32,000 bases of DNA from Breznakia sp. PF5-3. Its GTDB lineage: Bacteria > Bacillota_I > Bacilli_A > Erysipelotrichales > Erysipelotrichaceae. Shown here one piece after another: positions 8,421 to 17,781 of this stretch. The stretch is from positions 20,100 through 52,099 of the forward strand of contig NZ_JAQFIQ010000013.1 of NCBI RefSeq assembly GCF_029504745.1, read 5' to 3'. The notes beneath the pieces were generated by a model. That model was given only the letters and a program-made list of their open reading frames with translations. It made no database searches and was not told the origin of the DNA. Position 1 is the first letter of the stretch. The number at the start of each line of letters is the position of its first letter. Both the position numbers and the translations under genes were made by a program.

Positions 8421-8464
8421 TATCTATTGTAAACAAATGACAACAAAAACGTTTACAATAGATA
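8421..8464. promoter_or_regulatory. BirA operator (bioO-type) upstream of bioY
   Basis: Perfect 14-bp inverted repeat: tatctattgtaaac (8421-8434), a 16-nt spacer, then gtttacaatagata (8451-8464). It contains TGTAAAC/GTTTACA half-sites and lies 40 nt upstream of the bioY start. Confidence 0.8.
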
Positions 8465-8503
8465 TAGGATATGCTATTCTTGTTTACGAAAAGGGGAAAT
8501 CTT

Positions 8504-9055
8504 ATGAAATTAACAATCAAAGAAATGTGTATATCTTCTATGTTTGCACTTATTATTGCAATGGGTGCGTTTATAAAGATACCGATATCGCTTGTGCCTG
8601 TTACGATGCAGACATTATTTGTAATACTATGTGCACTATTATTAGGGTCTAAATTAGCCACTTTATCAGTACTCTTGTACATTGCGATAGGATTAGTTGG
8701 AATTCCTGTGTTTGCAAATGGCGGAGGAATTACGTATGTCTTGCAACCATCTTTTGGTTATTTGCTAGGCTTTTTACTGGCCGCTAAAGTAGTGGGATCA
8801 CTCAAAGATAAATTTACTTCATTTGGGACAATGTTATGTCTTTGTATTTTTGGAATGCTTATTATTTATGCAATTGGGTTTGGTTATTTCTATTTCATTC
8901 AAAATATTTACTTTGGAAAGAATTTTAAATTTGGTTGGATGTTCTATAACTTATTCCTTGTATATCTTCCAGGAGATATTCTTGCATGTATAGCAGCAGC
9001 CATAATAAAGCAAAAAGTAGCAATAGTTGTGAAATTACCGTCATCTTCTGTATGA
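8504..9055 (+). CDS. bioY: Biotin transporter BioY (S component)
   Basis: BioY-like polytopic sequence (IPISLVPVTMQTLFVILCALLLG...GYLLGFLLAA). I prefer the ATG at 8504, which follows AAGGGGA, over the track start at 8471. Confidence 0.85.
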   Translation: MKLTIKEMCISSMFALIIAMGAFIKIPISLVPVTMQTLFVILCALLLGSKLATLSVLLYIAIGLVGIPVFANGGGITYVLQPSFGYLLGFLLAAKVVGSLKDKFTSFGTMLCLCIFGMLIIYAIGFGYFYFIQNIYFGKNFKFGWMFYNLFLVYLPGDILACIAAAIIKQKVAIVVKLPSSSV

Positions 9056-9132
9056 AAACGGATGACATATAAAATAGAATGTTATATAATAGGAATGCTA
9101 ATGATAATAAACTATCCACGTTATTATTAGCT

Positions 9133-9176
9133 GGATGTAAGAATCCCCTCCAAGTTTTCTTACATCCTTTTTTTTA
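9133..9176 (+). terminator. Rho-independent terminator after bioY
   Basis: Perfect 11-bp stem: ggatgtaagaa (9133-9143) pairs with ttcttacatcc (9157-9167), followed by a T8 run. Confidence 0.85.
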
Positions 9177-9185
9177 TAAAAAGTA

Positions 9186-9214
9186 TTTACTTTGATAATC
9201 GAACTATGTATAAT
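9186..9214 (+). promoter_or_regulatory. Promoter of the acpP-acc-fab operon
   Basis: TTTACT (9186-9191), a 17-nt spacer, then a perfect TATAAT (9209-9214). Confidence 0.6.
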
Positions 9215-9221
9215 AGAAACA

Positions 9222-9238
9222 GCTTTGAATTTCAAAGC
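9222..9238. promoter_or_regulatory. FabT-type palindromic operator
   Basis: gcTTTGAattTCAAAgc has 8-bp perfect arms around one central base and lies at about +1 of the promoter. A second, one-mismatch copy TTTGAtaaTCgAA lies at 9191-9203 inside the promoter spacer. Confidence 0.6.
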
Positions 9239-9259
9239 AATTTAATTTAGGAGGAACAT

Positions 9260-9487
9260 ATGATGATAGAAGATATAAAAAAAGTATTAGTTGAAGCGAT
9301 TAACGTTGATGAAAATGATGTTAAACCTGAAGCAAATTTAAAAGATGATTTAGGGATTGACTCTTTGTCTGCAGTAGAACTTGCATTGGAGCTTGAAACA
9401 GAGTTTGATGTTCGTATTGAAGATGATGAATTAGCTAAGTTAGAAACAGTACAAGATATCATTGATATAATTAATGCAAAGAAATAA
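9260..9487 (+). CDS. acpP: Acyl carrier protein
   Basis: 75 aa with the LGIDSLSAVEL phosphopantetheine-attachment motif (DSL). An AGGAGG SD lies at 9249-9254. Confidence 0.95.
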   Translation: MMIEDIKKVLVEAINVDENDVKPEANLKDDLGIDSLSAVELALELETEFDVRIEDDELAKLETVQDIIDIINAKK

Positions 9488-9493
9488 ACATGT

Positions 9494-9518
9494 AAGCTAA
9501 GATTTCTTAGCTTTTTTA
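9494..9518 (+). terminator. Intra-operon terminator/attenuator between acpP and accB
   Basis: aagctaag (9494-9501) pairs with cttagctt (9506-9513) across a 4-nt loop, followed by a T run. Confidence 0.6.
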
Positions 9519-9535
9519 TATAAGAGGTGATGGGT

Positions 9536-9955
9536 ATGGATACAAAAAAAGTAAAACAAATAATGGAGTTGTTTGAAGATAGTACACTTATGGAAATGGA
9601 TTTAGAAGTTGAAGATCTTAAAATTCGTATGAAAAAAGCAAGTGCTTCACAACACGTAGTTCCTTATGTGGAATCAATGCCAATCCAAATGGAGCAAGCA
9701 CAAAAGGATTCTTCACATTTAGGAGAGGCAATAAAAAGTCCCCTTGTTGGTACTTTCTATGCCGCTGCTAGTGAAGGAGCAAAACCTTTTGTAGAAGTTG
9801 GTACACAAGTAGCAAAAGGGGATACATTATGTATTATTGAAGCAATGAAAGTAATGAATGAAATCAAAGCAGAGCGTGATGGAACCATTACATCAATTGT
9901 GGTTAAAAATAACGATATGGTTCAATTTGATGATGTATTAATGTATATTGAATAG
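9536..9955 (+). CDS. accB: Biotin carboxyl carrier protein of acetyl-CoA carboxylase
   Basis: It carries the CIIEAMKVMNEI biotinyl-lysine motif. I prefer the ATG at 9536, 8 nt after AGAGG, over the GTG at 9527. Confidence 0.9.
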   Translation: MDTKKVKQIMELFEDSTLMEMDLEVEDLKIRMKKASASQHVVPYVESMPIQMEQAQKDSSHLGEAIKSPLVGTFYAAASEGAKPFVEVGTQVAKGDTLCIIEAMKVMNEIKAERDGTITSIVVKNNDMVQFDDVLMYIE

Positions 9956-9963
9956 GAGTTTTT

Positions 9964-11331
9964 ATGATCAAAAAGATATTGATTGCAAATCGCGGAGAGA
10001 TTGCGGTAAGAATTATTCGCACATGTAAAGAGATGGGTATCGAAACGGTAGCTATTTATTCAAGTGCGGATAAAGATGCATTGCATGCTCAACTAGCAAA
10101 TGAGGCAATTTGTGTAGGGGGGCCTAAAGCGACAGATTCTTATTTAAATATGAATAATATTATTCAAGCAGCTTGTAGCAGTGGCTGTGATGCAATTCAT
10201 CCAGGATTTGGTTTTTTAAGTGAGAATCCAAAGTTTGCTCGTTTAGTAAAACAGTGTGATTTGATTTTTATTGGACCAGACGCAGAGATTATTGAAAAGC
10301 TTGGAAATAAAGCAATGGCAAGAAAAATGATGATGGAAGCAGGCGTACCAGTAGTTCCAGGATCAAAGGAAATTTTGATGAATGTAGAACAAGGTATAGA
10401 ACTTGCTAAGGAAATGAGTTATCCAGTAATTATCAAAGCTTCTAATGGTGGCGGAGGACGTGGTATGCGTATCGTTCATCAAGAAGAGGATTTTGAAGCA
10501 GCATTTCATAGTGCCAAGGCAGAAGCAAAAGCTTGTTTTGGCGATGATGATGTTTATTTGGAAAAATATATTGAAAATCCTAAGCATATTGAGGTTCAGT
10601 TGATTGGTGATTCTTTTGGTAATGTGATTCATTTGTATGAACGTGATTGCTCTTTTCAAAGACGTAATCAAAAAATGATAGAAGAAGCACCATGCCATAT
10701 TCTTGATCAAGAAACACGTGAAAAGATGGTAGATGCAGCTGTGCGAGCATGTAAATATGTTGGTTATAACAGTGTTGGAACAATTGAATTTTTGTTGGAT
10801 AAATATAATAACTATTATTTTATGGAAATGAATACTCGTATCCAAGTTGAGCATCCGATTACAGAGATGATCACAGGTATTGATATTGTGAAACAACAGA
10901 TTCGTATTGCGGATCAAAAGAAATTAAATATTGAACAGGATGAAATTAAGTGTGAGGGTTATGCACTTGAATGTCGAATTAATGCAGAGGATATTCGTCG
11001 TGATTTTGCACCTAGTCCAGGAAAAATTAATTTTCTTCATATACCAGGAGGAAGAGGTATTCGTCATGATGGAGCTGTCTATTGTGGATATGAAATACCA
11101 CCATATTATGATTCAATGATTTTAAAAATGATCACCTTTGCACCAACGCGTTTAGAATGTATCAAAAAAATGCGTAGTGCTCTTTCTGAGTTGATTATTG
11201 ATGGAGTTCAAACCAATATAGAGTTTCATTATTTAGTATTACATAATAAAAAGTTTGTAGAAGGCAGATATGATACAGGGTTTGCTGAAGAATATATAAA
11301 GGAGTTGAACGCAAATGGAGAATTTATTTAA
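9964..11331 (+). CDS. accC: Biotin carboxylase
   Basis: 455 aa with [16 protein letters not shown], an ATP-grasp glycine loop (GGGGRGMR) and [11 protein letters not shown]. Confidence 0.95.
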   Translation: MIKKILIANRGEIAVRIIRTCKEMGIETVAIYSSADKDALHAQLANEAICVGGPKATDSYLNMNNIIQAACSSGCDAIHPGFGFLSENPKFARLVKQCDLIFIGPDAEIIEKLGNKAMARKMMMEAGVPVVPGSKEILMNVEQGIELAKEMSYPVIIKASNGGGGRGMRIVHQEEDFEAAFHSAKAEAKACFGDDDVYLEKYIENPKHIEVQLIGDSFGNVIHLYERDCSFQRRNQKMIEEAPCHILDQETREKMVDAAVRACKYVGYNSVGTIEFLLDKYNNYYFMEMNTRIQVEHPITEMITGIDIVKQQIRIADQKKLNIEQDEIKCEGYALECRINAEDIRRDFAPSPGKINFLHIPGGRGIRHDGAVYCGYEIPPYYDSMILKMITFAPTRLECIKKMRSALSELIIDGVQTNIEFHYLVLHNKKFVEGRYDTGFAEEYIKELNANGEFI

Positions 11332-12184
11332 GAAACGTCAAGAACGGCTGGATATATTTCATAGTTTAAGAAAAAAAGTTGTTCATGAAAACATAAAAAA
11401 AGAAATACCTGACAATGTTTTTAAGACGTGTGATAAATGTAATGAGAGTTTACCTTATATTGATTTAGTAAATAATTTATATGTTTGTGAACGTTGTGGA
11501 CATCATATTAAAATTAGTGGTCGTGAAAGAATACGGCAGTTGTTTGATGAAAATACGTTTAAAGAGTTTGATAAACATATAAGTAGTAAAAATGATGATC
11601 ATTTTGCTGGATATGATGAAAAGCTAGATAAGTATAAACGTTCAACTGGATTAGAAGAAGCTGTAATTTGTGGAGTAGCTAAAATTGATAATCATAAAGT
11701 TGCTATCGCTATCATGGATTCTAATTTCATGATGGGAAGTATGGGACAAGTGGTAGGTGAGAAAATCACTAGAGTAATTGAATATGCAATGAAAAAGAAA
11801 CTACCTTTGATTATCAGTTCTACAAGTGGTGGAGCTAGAATGCAAGAAGGAATTATATCATTAATGCAGATGGCAAAAACTAGTAGTGCGTTAAAACGTT
11901 ATTCTGATCAGGGAGGATTTTATATTTCGTTACTAACAAACCCAACGACTGGTGGGGTTAGTGCAAGTTTTGCCATGTTGGGGGATATTATTATTGCTGA
12001 ACCTGATGCATTGGTTGGGTTTGCAGGAAAACGAGTAATTGAAAAGACGATTAATGAAGTATTGCCCAAAGGGTTTCAGCGATCAGAGTTTTTATTAGAG
12101 AAGGGATTTGTTGATATGGTTGTAGAACGTAAGGATTTACGAAAAACGTTAAGCGACCTTATTGCATTTCATGTAGGTAAATAA
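11315..12184 (+). CDS. accD: Acetyl-CoA carboxylase carboxyltransferase beta subunit
   Basis: An N-terminal zinc ribbon (CDKC...CERCGHH) is followed by the carboxyltransferase domain. The gene overlaps accC by 17 nt. Confidence 0.9.
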   Translation: MENLFKKRQERLDIFHSLRKKVVHENIKKEIPDNVFKTCDKCNESLPYIDLVNNLYVCERCGHHIKISGRERIRQLFDENTFKEFDKHISSKNDDHFAGYDEKLDKYKRSTGLEEAVICGVAKIDNHKVAIAIMDSNFMMGSMGQVVGEKITRVIEYAMKKKLPLIISSTSGGARMQEGIISLMQMAKTSSALKRYSDQGGFYISLLTNPTTGGVSASFAMLGDIIIAEPDALVGFAGKRVIEKTINEVLPKGFQRSEFLLEKGFVDMVVERKDLRKTLSDLIAFHVGK

Positions 12185-12185
12185 T

Positions 12186-13109
12186 ATGAACTTAAGAGAA
12201 TGTGAAATATTAATAAAAAGCTTAGAAGCAGAAAAAGCTAAGATTGAAAATGTAAATACTGAATATTATGACGAACTAGATGCGCAAATTAAACGGATTC
12301 AAAAAGAAACATATTCGAATTTGAGTGCTTGGGATCGTGTATACCTAGCACGTCATGCAGATCGTCCAAAGGCGCAAGATTATATTGATTTATTATTTGA
12401 TAATTTTTATGAGTTACATGGAGATCGTGGTGTAAAGGATGATCGTGCTTTGATTGGTGGGATTGCATATTTTAATGGAACACCAGTTACCATTTTGGCA
12501 CAGGCTAAGGGAAAGACAACAAAAGAGAATATTGAGCGAAACTTTGGAATGATGAATCCAGAAGGGTATCGCAAAGCATTGCGATTGGCAAAACAAGCAG
12601 AGAAGTTTGGTAGACCAATTATTAATATCGTTGATACATCGGGTGCTTTTCCTGGAAAAGAAGCGGAAGAAAGAGGACAAGCAGAGGCGATTGCCAAGTG
12701 TTTGTATACCTTTTCTAACTTAAGAGTGCCAATCATTAGTATTGTAATTAGCGAAGGTGGCAGTGGTGGTGCATTGGCACTGAGTGTTGCTGATCGTATT
12801 GCTATGTTGGAAAATGCAATCTACTCTATTCTTTCACCAGAAGGGTTTGCATCTATTTTATGGAAAGATGAAAGTCGCGCTCAGGAAGCAGCGGAAGTAA
12901 TGAAGCTTACATCTTATGATTTGCTAGGAAAGAAAGTAATTGATGCAATTATCAAGGAACCATTAGGTGGTGCTCAAGAATGTATTGAATATGTAGCAGA
13001 GAATATGAAGAAGTATATTGAAGAAGAATTGGCAGTTCTTAGCAAAATGCGAATGAAAGATATGTTGGAAAAACGATATATGAAGTTTCGTAAGATAGGG
13101 ATGATATAA
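12186..13109 (+). CDS. accA: Acetyl-CoA carboxylase carboxyltransferase alpha subunit
   Basis: Typical AccA sequence (RPKAQDYIDLLFDNFYELHGDR..., GGSGGALA). There is a 1-nt gap to accD. Confidence 0.9.
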   Translation: MNLRECEILIKSLEAEKAKIENVNTEYYDELDAQIKRIQKETYSNLSAWDRVYLARHADRPKAQDYIDLLFDNFYELHGDRGVKDDRALIGGIAYFNGTPVTILAQAKGKTTKENIERNFGMMNPEGYRKALRLAKQAEKFGRPIINIVDTSGAFPGKEAEERGQAEAIAKCLYTFSNLRVPIISIVISEGGSGGALALSVADRIAMLENAIYSILSPEGFASILWKDESRAQEAAEVMKLTSYDLLGKKVIDAIIKEPLGGAQECIEYVAENMKKYIEEELAVLSKMRMKDMLEKRYMKFRKIGMI

Positions 13110-13110
13110 C

Positions 13111-14079
13111 ATGGAAAATATAGAAATAGCAGGAAGTGGATATGCAATTGCAGAGCATTGTATATCCAATCATGATCTTGAAAAGATACTAGATACAAAT
13201 GATGAATGGATTACAACTAGAACAGGAATCAAAACTAGGTATGTGAGTAGTGATGAGAATACCAGTGATTTGGGATATCGTGCTGCTTGTCAGGCGATTG
13301 AAAAAGCTAAGATTGAAAAAAGTGATATTGATCTAATTATTGTTGGAACGATTACACCAGATAATATCACGCCTTCTTGTGCATGTTTGATTCAAGATAA
13401 ATTAGGATTAAATGAAGCAAAAATTATGGCTTTTGATATAAGTGCAGCATGTACAGGATTTGTCTATGCGATGCAAATTGCTACCTATATGTTGAGTGAG
13501 TATTCGTGTGCACTTGTTGTAGGAGCAGATGTAAATAGTAAACTTATGGACTATGAGGATCGCAATACATCAATTTTGTTTGGTGATGGAGCAGGAGCTG
13601 TTATCTTAAAAAAGACCAAAAGTTCAAAACAAATTCATCATTATGCACAAAGTAGTGGTGATCATGATGGTTTCTTAAAAGGTCAAGGAATTCAGATGGC
13701 ACAACCGCTTGTAAATGCCAACCGTGAAGTTGGATTTTTAAAGCAAAATGGGAGCGAAGTATTTCGTTTTGCAGTAAAAGCATTGGAAGAGGCGATTGTT
13801 GAAGTTTTAAAAAAGGCAGATAAGAATATTGATGAGATTGATTACATTATTCCTCATCAAGCGAATATTAGAATTATTCGCAATGTCGCAAAACGCATGA
13901 AATTGCCAGTAGAAAAATTTTATACAAATTTAGATGTATATGGAAATACATCTGGTGGAAGTATTCCAATTGCTTTTGCGCAAGCATATGAGCAAGGTGT
14001 TATTAAAGCGGGAATGAAAATTATAATGGTAGGATTTGGAGCAGGATTTACATATGCTGCAAGTTATGTCGAACTATAG
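13111..14079 (+). CDS. fabH: 3-oxoacyl-ACP synthase III
   Basis: 322 aa with the active-site Cys context (FDISAACTGF) and the HQAN and GNTS motifs. Confidence 0.9.
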   Translation: MENIEIAGSGYAIAEHCISNHDLEKILDTNDEWITTRTGIKTRYVSSDENTSDLGYRAACQAIEKAKIEKSDIDLIIVGTITPDNITPSCACLIQDKLGLNEAKIMAFDISAACTGFVYAMQIATYMLSEYSCALVVGADVNSKLMDYEDRNTSILFGDGAGAVILKKTKSSKQIHHYAQSSGDHDGFLKGQGIQMAQPLVNANREVGFLKQNGSEVFRFAVKALEEAIVEVLKKADKNIDEIDYIIPHQANIRIIRNVAKRMKLPVEKFYTNLDVYGNTSGGSIPIAFAQAYEQGVIKAGMKIIMVGFGAGFTYAASYVEL

Positions 14080-14088
14080 GAGAGAAGT

Positions 14089-15033
14089 ATGTTAAATAAG
14101 ATATTAAAGATAAAGTATCCAATTATTCAAGGAGCAATGGCAAATATTGCAACTGCAGAGTTTGCAGCAGCTGTGAGCAATTGTGGGGGACTTGGAATTA
14201 TTGGAACAGGTGCGATGAATGTCGAGGAAGCAAGAGCTTCCATTCAAAAGTGTAAAAAGCTTACCGAAAAACCGTTTGGCGTAAATGTAATGATGATGAA
14301 TCCATACACTAAAGAAATTATGGAAATGATTGCGGAAGAAAAAGTAGCGGTAGTTACAACAGGTGCAGGAAATCCAGGGATTTATATGGATATGCTGAAG
14401 GCATCAGGAGCAAAAGTATTTCCAGTTGTTCCAAGTGTAGCATTAGCGATTCGTATGGAGCGTTCAGGTGCAGATGCACTTATTGTAGAAGGTGGCGAAG
14501 CAGGTGGCCATGTTGGGGAACAAACAACAATGGCATTGGTTCCACAAGTTGTTGATGCTGTTAACATTCCTGTAATTGCTGCTGGAGGAGTTGCAGATGG
14601 TCGTGGATTAAATGCAGCATTATCGTTAGGGGCAATTGGGGTACAAGTTGGAACTTGTTTATTGGTTGCGGATGAATGTCCAATCCATGAGAATTATAAA
14701 TTGGCAACAATCAAAGCGAAAGACACAGATACGATAGTGACAGGAAGAAGTTTGAATAGTCCTGTACGGGTTATGAAAAATAAAATGACACGTGAACATT
14801 TACGATTAGAAGCAGAAGTAAGTGATCGTGAAGAACTTGAAAAATTGACTTTAGGAGCACTTCGTAAAGCGGTGTTTGAAGGTGATATGCAAAATGGATC
14901 AGTTATGATGGGACAAATTGCTGGGATGTGTAAAGAACAAAAGCCATTACAAAAAATATTAGATGATATTATGGAAGGCAGTAAAAAAGAATTGCAAAAC
15001 TTGATAAGTAAACATGAGGAGATGTCATGGTAA
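14089..15033 (+). CDS. fabK: Enoyl-ACP reductase II (FMN-dependent, FabK)
   Basis: Colinear with streptococcal FabK by eye (KYPIIQGAM..., GGLGIIG, PFGVNVMMM, VVTTGAGNP, VPSVALA, EGGEAGGHVG, IPVIAAGG, GSVMMGQIAG). Confidence 0.9.
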   Translation: MLNKILKIKYPIIQGAMANIATAEFAAAVSNCGGLGIIGTGAMNVEEARASIQKCKKLTEKPFGVNVMMMNPYTKEIMEMIAEEKVAVVTTGAGNPGIYMDMLKASGAKVFPVVPSVALAIRMERSGADALIVEGGEAGGHVGEQTTMALVPQVVDAVNIPVIAAGGVADGRGLNAALSLGAIGVQVGTCLLVADECPIHENYKLATIKAKDTDTIVTGRSLNSPVRVMKNKMTREHLRLEAEVSDREELEKLTLGALRKAVFEGDMQNGSVMMGQIAGMCKEQKPLQKILDDIMEGSKKELQNLISKHEEMSW

Positions 15034-16115
15034 ACGAATTAAAACGAAATGATAAAAAATTATCATTTCCCTTAATCCAAGGTGGTATGGGAGTAGGTGT
15101 ATCACTATCAGGATTGGCTGGTGCTGTTATGAAAGAGGGATGTATGGGCGTTATTAGTGCTGCTCATCCAGGATATCGAAAGGAAACATTCCGTTTGGAT
15201 TCAATTAAAGCAAATTGTGATGCAATAATAGAGGAAGTAAAGAAAGCAAAAGAAATTGCTTGTGGAAAAGGATTGTTAGGAATCAATATTATGGCAGCTA
15301 GTAAAGATTATATTGCATATGTGAAAGCGGCCGTAAAAGCAAAAGTAGATGCTATTATTTCTGGAGCAGGATTGCCTTTGGATTTACCAAGTTATGTGGA
15401 TGATGAAAGTATTTTATTGGCACCAATTGTATCCAGTGGAAAAGCAGCTCGATTAATTTGTAAGATATGGGATAAAAGGCATCATGTGACACCTGACTTC
15501 ATTGTGATTGAAGGTAGTGAAGCTGGTGGTCATTTGGGGTTTAAACGTGATGATCTTCTAGATGATACATGTGAATCATTAGAGAAAATCTATGCAGATG
15601 TGAAAACGGAATTAAAGCCTTATCAAGATAAGTATCAAAAAGATATTCCTGTCTTTGTGGCTGGTGGAATATACGATGGTGAAGATATCGCCAAATATAT
15701 TAAAATGGGAGCAGATGGTGTGCAGATGGGAACGCGTTTTATCGCAACCAATGAATGTGATGCAGCCTTAGCTTTTAAGCAAATGGTTGTAGATAGCACA
15801 ATGGAAAATATTGAAATTGTTCAAAGCCCTACTGGCTTTCCAGGTAGAGGAATTATGAATTCGTTTATGAAGAGAACAAAAGAACGTGGAAATGTTACAA
15901 TCAAAAAATGTTTGGATTGTTTAACTCCATGTAATCCAAGTGATACACCTTATTGTATCAGTGAAGCATTGATTCAAGCAGTACAAGGTAATGTTGAAAA
16001 TGGACTTGTTTTTGTTGGTAGTAATGCTCACCGTGTTCAAGAGATTGTTAGTGTAAAACACTTGATTGATGAACTAAAATTAGAAACGCATAAATGGTTG
16101 GGGGATAAAATATGA
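15027..16115 (+). CDS. Second NMO/FabK-like flavin oxidoreductase with a C-terminal Cys4 motif; function unknown
   Basis: 362 aa with FPLIQGGMG, IEGSEAGGHLG and VAGGI...GVQMGTRF (NPD/FabK fold signatures). It is divergent from the upstream FabK and carries CLDCLTPCNPSDTPYC (Cys295/298/302/310). It overlaps fabK by 7 nt and fabD by 4 nt. Confidence 0.7.
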   Translation: MVNELKRNDKKLSFPLIQGGMGVGVSLSGLAGAVMKEGCMGVISAAHPGYRKETFRLDSIKANCDAIIEEVKKAKEIACGKGLLGINIMAASKDYIAYVKAAVKAKVDAIISGAGLPLDLPSYVDDESILLAPIVSSGKAARLICKIWDKRHHVTPDFIVIEGSEAGGHLGFKRDDLLDDTCESLEKIYADVKTELKPYQDKYQKDIPVFVAGGIYDGEDIAKYIKMGADGVQMGTRFIATNECDAALAFKQMVVDSTMENIEIVQSPTGFPGRGIMNSFMKRTKERGNVTIKKCLDCLTPCNPSDTPYCISEALIQAVQGNVENGLVFVGSNAHRVQEIVSVKHLIDELKLETHKWLGDKI

Positions 16116-17041
16116 AAATAGGATATTTATTTGCTGGACAAGGCTCGCAATATGTGGGGATGGGAAAAGATTTATATGAAAAATATCCAGAAGCAAAACA
16201 AATATATGAGCAAGTGAAATTGGATTTTGATGTGAAAGAAGCTTGCTTTGAGGGACCTGAAGAAAGGTTAAATGATACAGCCTATGCACAAAGTTGTATC
16301 TTGGTTACTTCTATGGCAATTGCCGAAGTTGTAAAAGCAAAGGGAATAATCCCTGAATATGTTGCAGGATTAAGTCTAGGAGAATACAGTGCGCTTTGTT
16401 ATGCAGAAGCATTTGATGTTAATACAGCAGCTAATATTACACGGATGCGTGGGCAGATTATGGCGAATGCATTGCCTAAAGGAACAACTGGGATGGCAGC
16501 GATATTAAACCTTGATGAAGCAATTATTAAAGAAGTGTGTGATGATATTTCGGCTACAGTAGGTGTATGTGAAATTGCGAATTATAATTGTCCTGGACAA
16601 ATTGTTATCACAGGAACACAACAAGCAATGGAAAAGGCATGTGAGGTATTGCTTGAAAAAGGTGCAAGAAGAGCAATTCCATTAAATGTTAGTGGCGCGT
16701 TTCATTCAAGCTTATTGGAAGATGCTTCGCTTGAGTTAAATAAGGTATTGAAAGCAGAAGCAATTCAAAAACCAAACATTAAGGTTGTTTATAATATTAG
16801 TGGTAAAGAAGAGAATGATGATGTTGTTAATATTCTTACAAAACAGATTAAATCTAGTGTATATTTTATGCAATCTATTCAATATATGATTGATCAAGGT
16901 GTAGATACTTTTATTGAAATTGGTCCTGGATCGGCATTGAAAGGGTTTGTAAGAAAAGTTAATAGAGATGTGAAAGTATATAGTGTAGATACAGTAGAAA
17001 CATTGGATAAAATGTTGGAAGAGGTGAAGAATAATGGATAA
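16112..17041 (+). CDS. fabD: Malonyl-CoA:ACP transacylase
   Basis: FAGQGSQYVGMG, the GLSLGEYSA active-site serine and GAFHS are present. Confidence 0.95.
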   Translation: MKIGYLFAGQGSQYVGMGKDLYEKYPEAKQIYEQVKLDFDVKEACFEGPEERLNDTAYAQSCILVTSMAIAEVVKAKGIIPEYVAGLSLGEYSALCYAEAFDVNTAANITRMRGQIMANALPKGTTGMAAILNLDEAIIKEVCDDISATVGVCEIANYNCPGQIVITGTQQAMEKACEVLLEKGARRAIPLNVSGAFHSSLLEDASLELNKVLKAEAIQKPNIKVVYNISGKEENDDVVNILTKQIKSSVYFMQSIQYMIDQGVDTFIEIGPGSALKGFVRKVNRDVKVYSVDTVETLDKMLEEVKNNG

Positions 17042-17771
17042 TAAAGTTGCGTTAATTACAGGAGCAAGTCAAGGAATTGGAAAAGAAATTGCCATTATGA
17101 TGGCAAAAGAAGGGTATGATATTGTAATTAATTATATTGGTGATGATACAAATGCAAAAGAGGTAAGTGAACTTTGTGAAACTTATGGTGTTAAGACGTT
17201 ATGTGTGATGGCAGATGTGACAGATTTTGATGCTGTAGGAAAAATGTTTGAAGAAACATTATCAACATTTGGAAAAATTGATGTTCTTGTAAATAATTCA
17301 GGAATTACCAAAGATACGTTGTTATTACGTATGAGTGAGGCAGATTTTGATGCTGTTATCGATGTGAACTTAAAGGGAACATTTAATTGCATCAAACATG
17401 CAGCGAAACCAATGATGAAACAACGCAGTGGTTCCATCATTAGTATGGCAAGCGTAATTGGTTTGATTGGTAATGTAGGACAAGCAAATTATGCAGCTAG
17501 TAAAGCGGGAATTATTGGCTTAACAAAATCGGTTGCTAGAGAGCTAGCTCCTCGTGGTATTAGAGCAAATGCAATAGCTCCTGGTTTTATTTCAACGAAA
17601 ATGACGGATGTCTTAGATGAGCAAGTGAAAGAAGCAATTTTAAAACAAATTCCATTGAATGAATTAGGAACAATGGAGGATGTAGCTAATATGGTTTGCT
17701 TTTTAGCGAGCGATAAGAGTCGTTATGTTACAGGTCAAGTATTAAAAGTTGATGGCGGAATGGTGATGTAA
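17034..17771 (+). CDS. fabG: 3-oxoacyl-ACP reductase
   Basis: SDR with TGASQGIG, NNSGI and YAASKAG (YxxxK). Fab operon context supports the call. Confidence 0.9.
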   Translation: MDNKVALITGASQGIGKEIAIMMAKEGYDIVINYIGDDTNAKEVSELCETYGVKTLCVMADVTDFDAVGKMFEETLSTFGKIDVLVNNSGITKDTLLLRMSEADFDAVIDVNLKGTFNCIKHAAKPMMKQRSGSIISMASVIGLIGNVGQANYAASKAGIIGLTKSVARELAPRGIRANAIAPGFISTKMTDVLDEQVKEAILKQIPLNELGTMEDVANMVCFLASDKSRYVTGQVLKVDGGMVM

Positions 17772-17781
17772 GGAGATACTT

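Noticed and set aside
8437-8652. 71-aa + strand ORF and 109-aa minus-strand ORF overlapping the BirA operator and bioY 5' end
   Set aside because: They overlap the well-supported bioY frame and the operator, and no SD is present. The BioY frame has clear family similarity.
10363-10917. 184-aa and 67-aa minus-strand ORFs inside accC, and similar antisense ORFs inside accA, fabK, fabG, the phage genes and other coding regions
   Set aside because: These are typical AT-rich antisense open frames inside strongly supported genes. Their composition is rich in I/F/N/L and low in complexity, and they have no start context.
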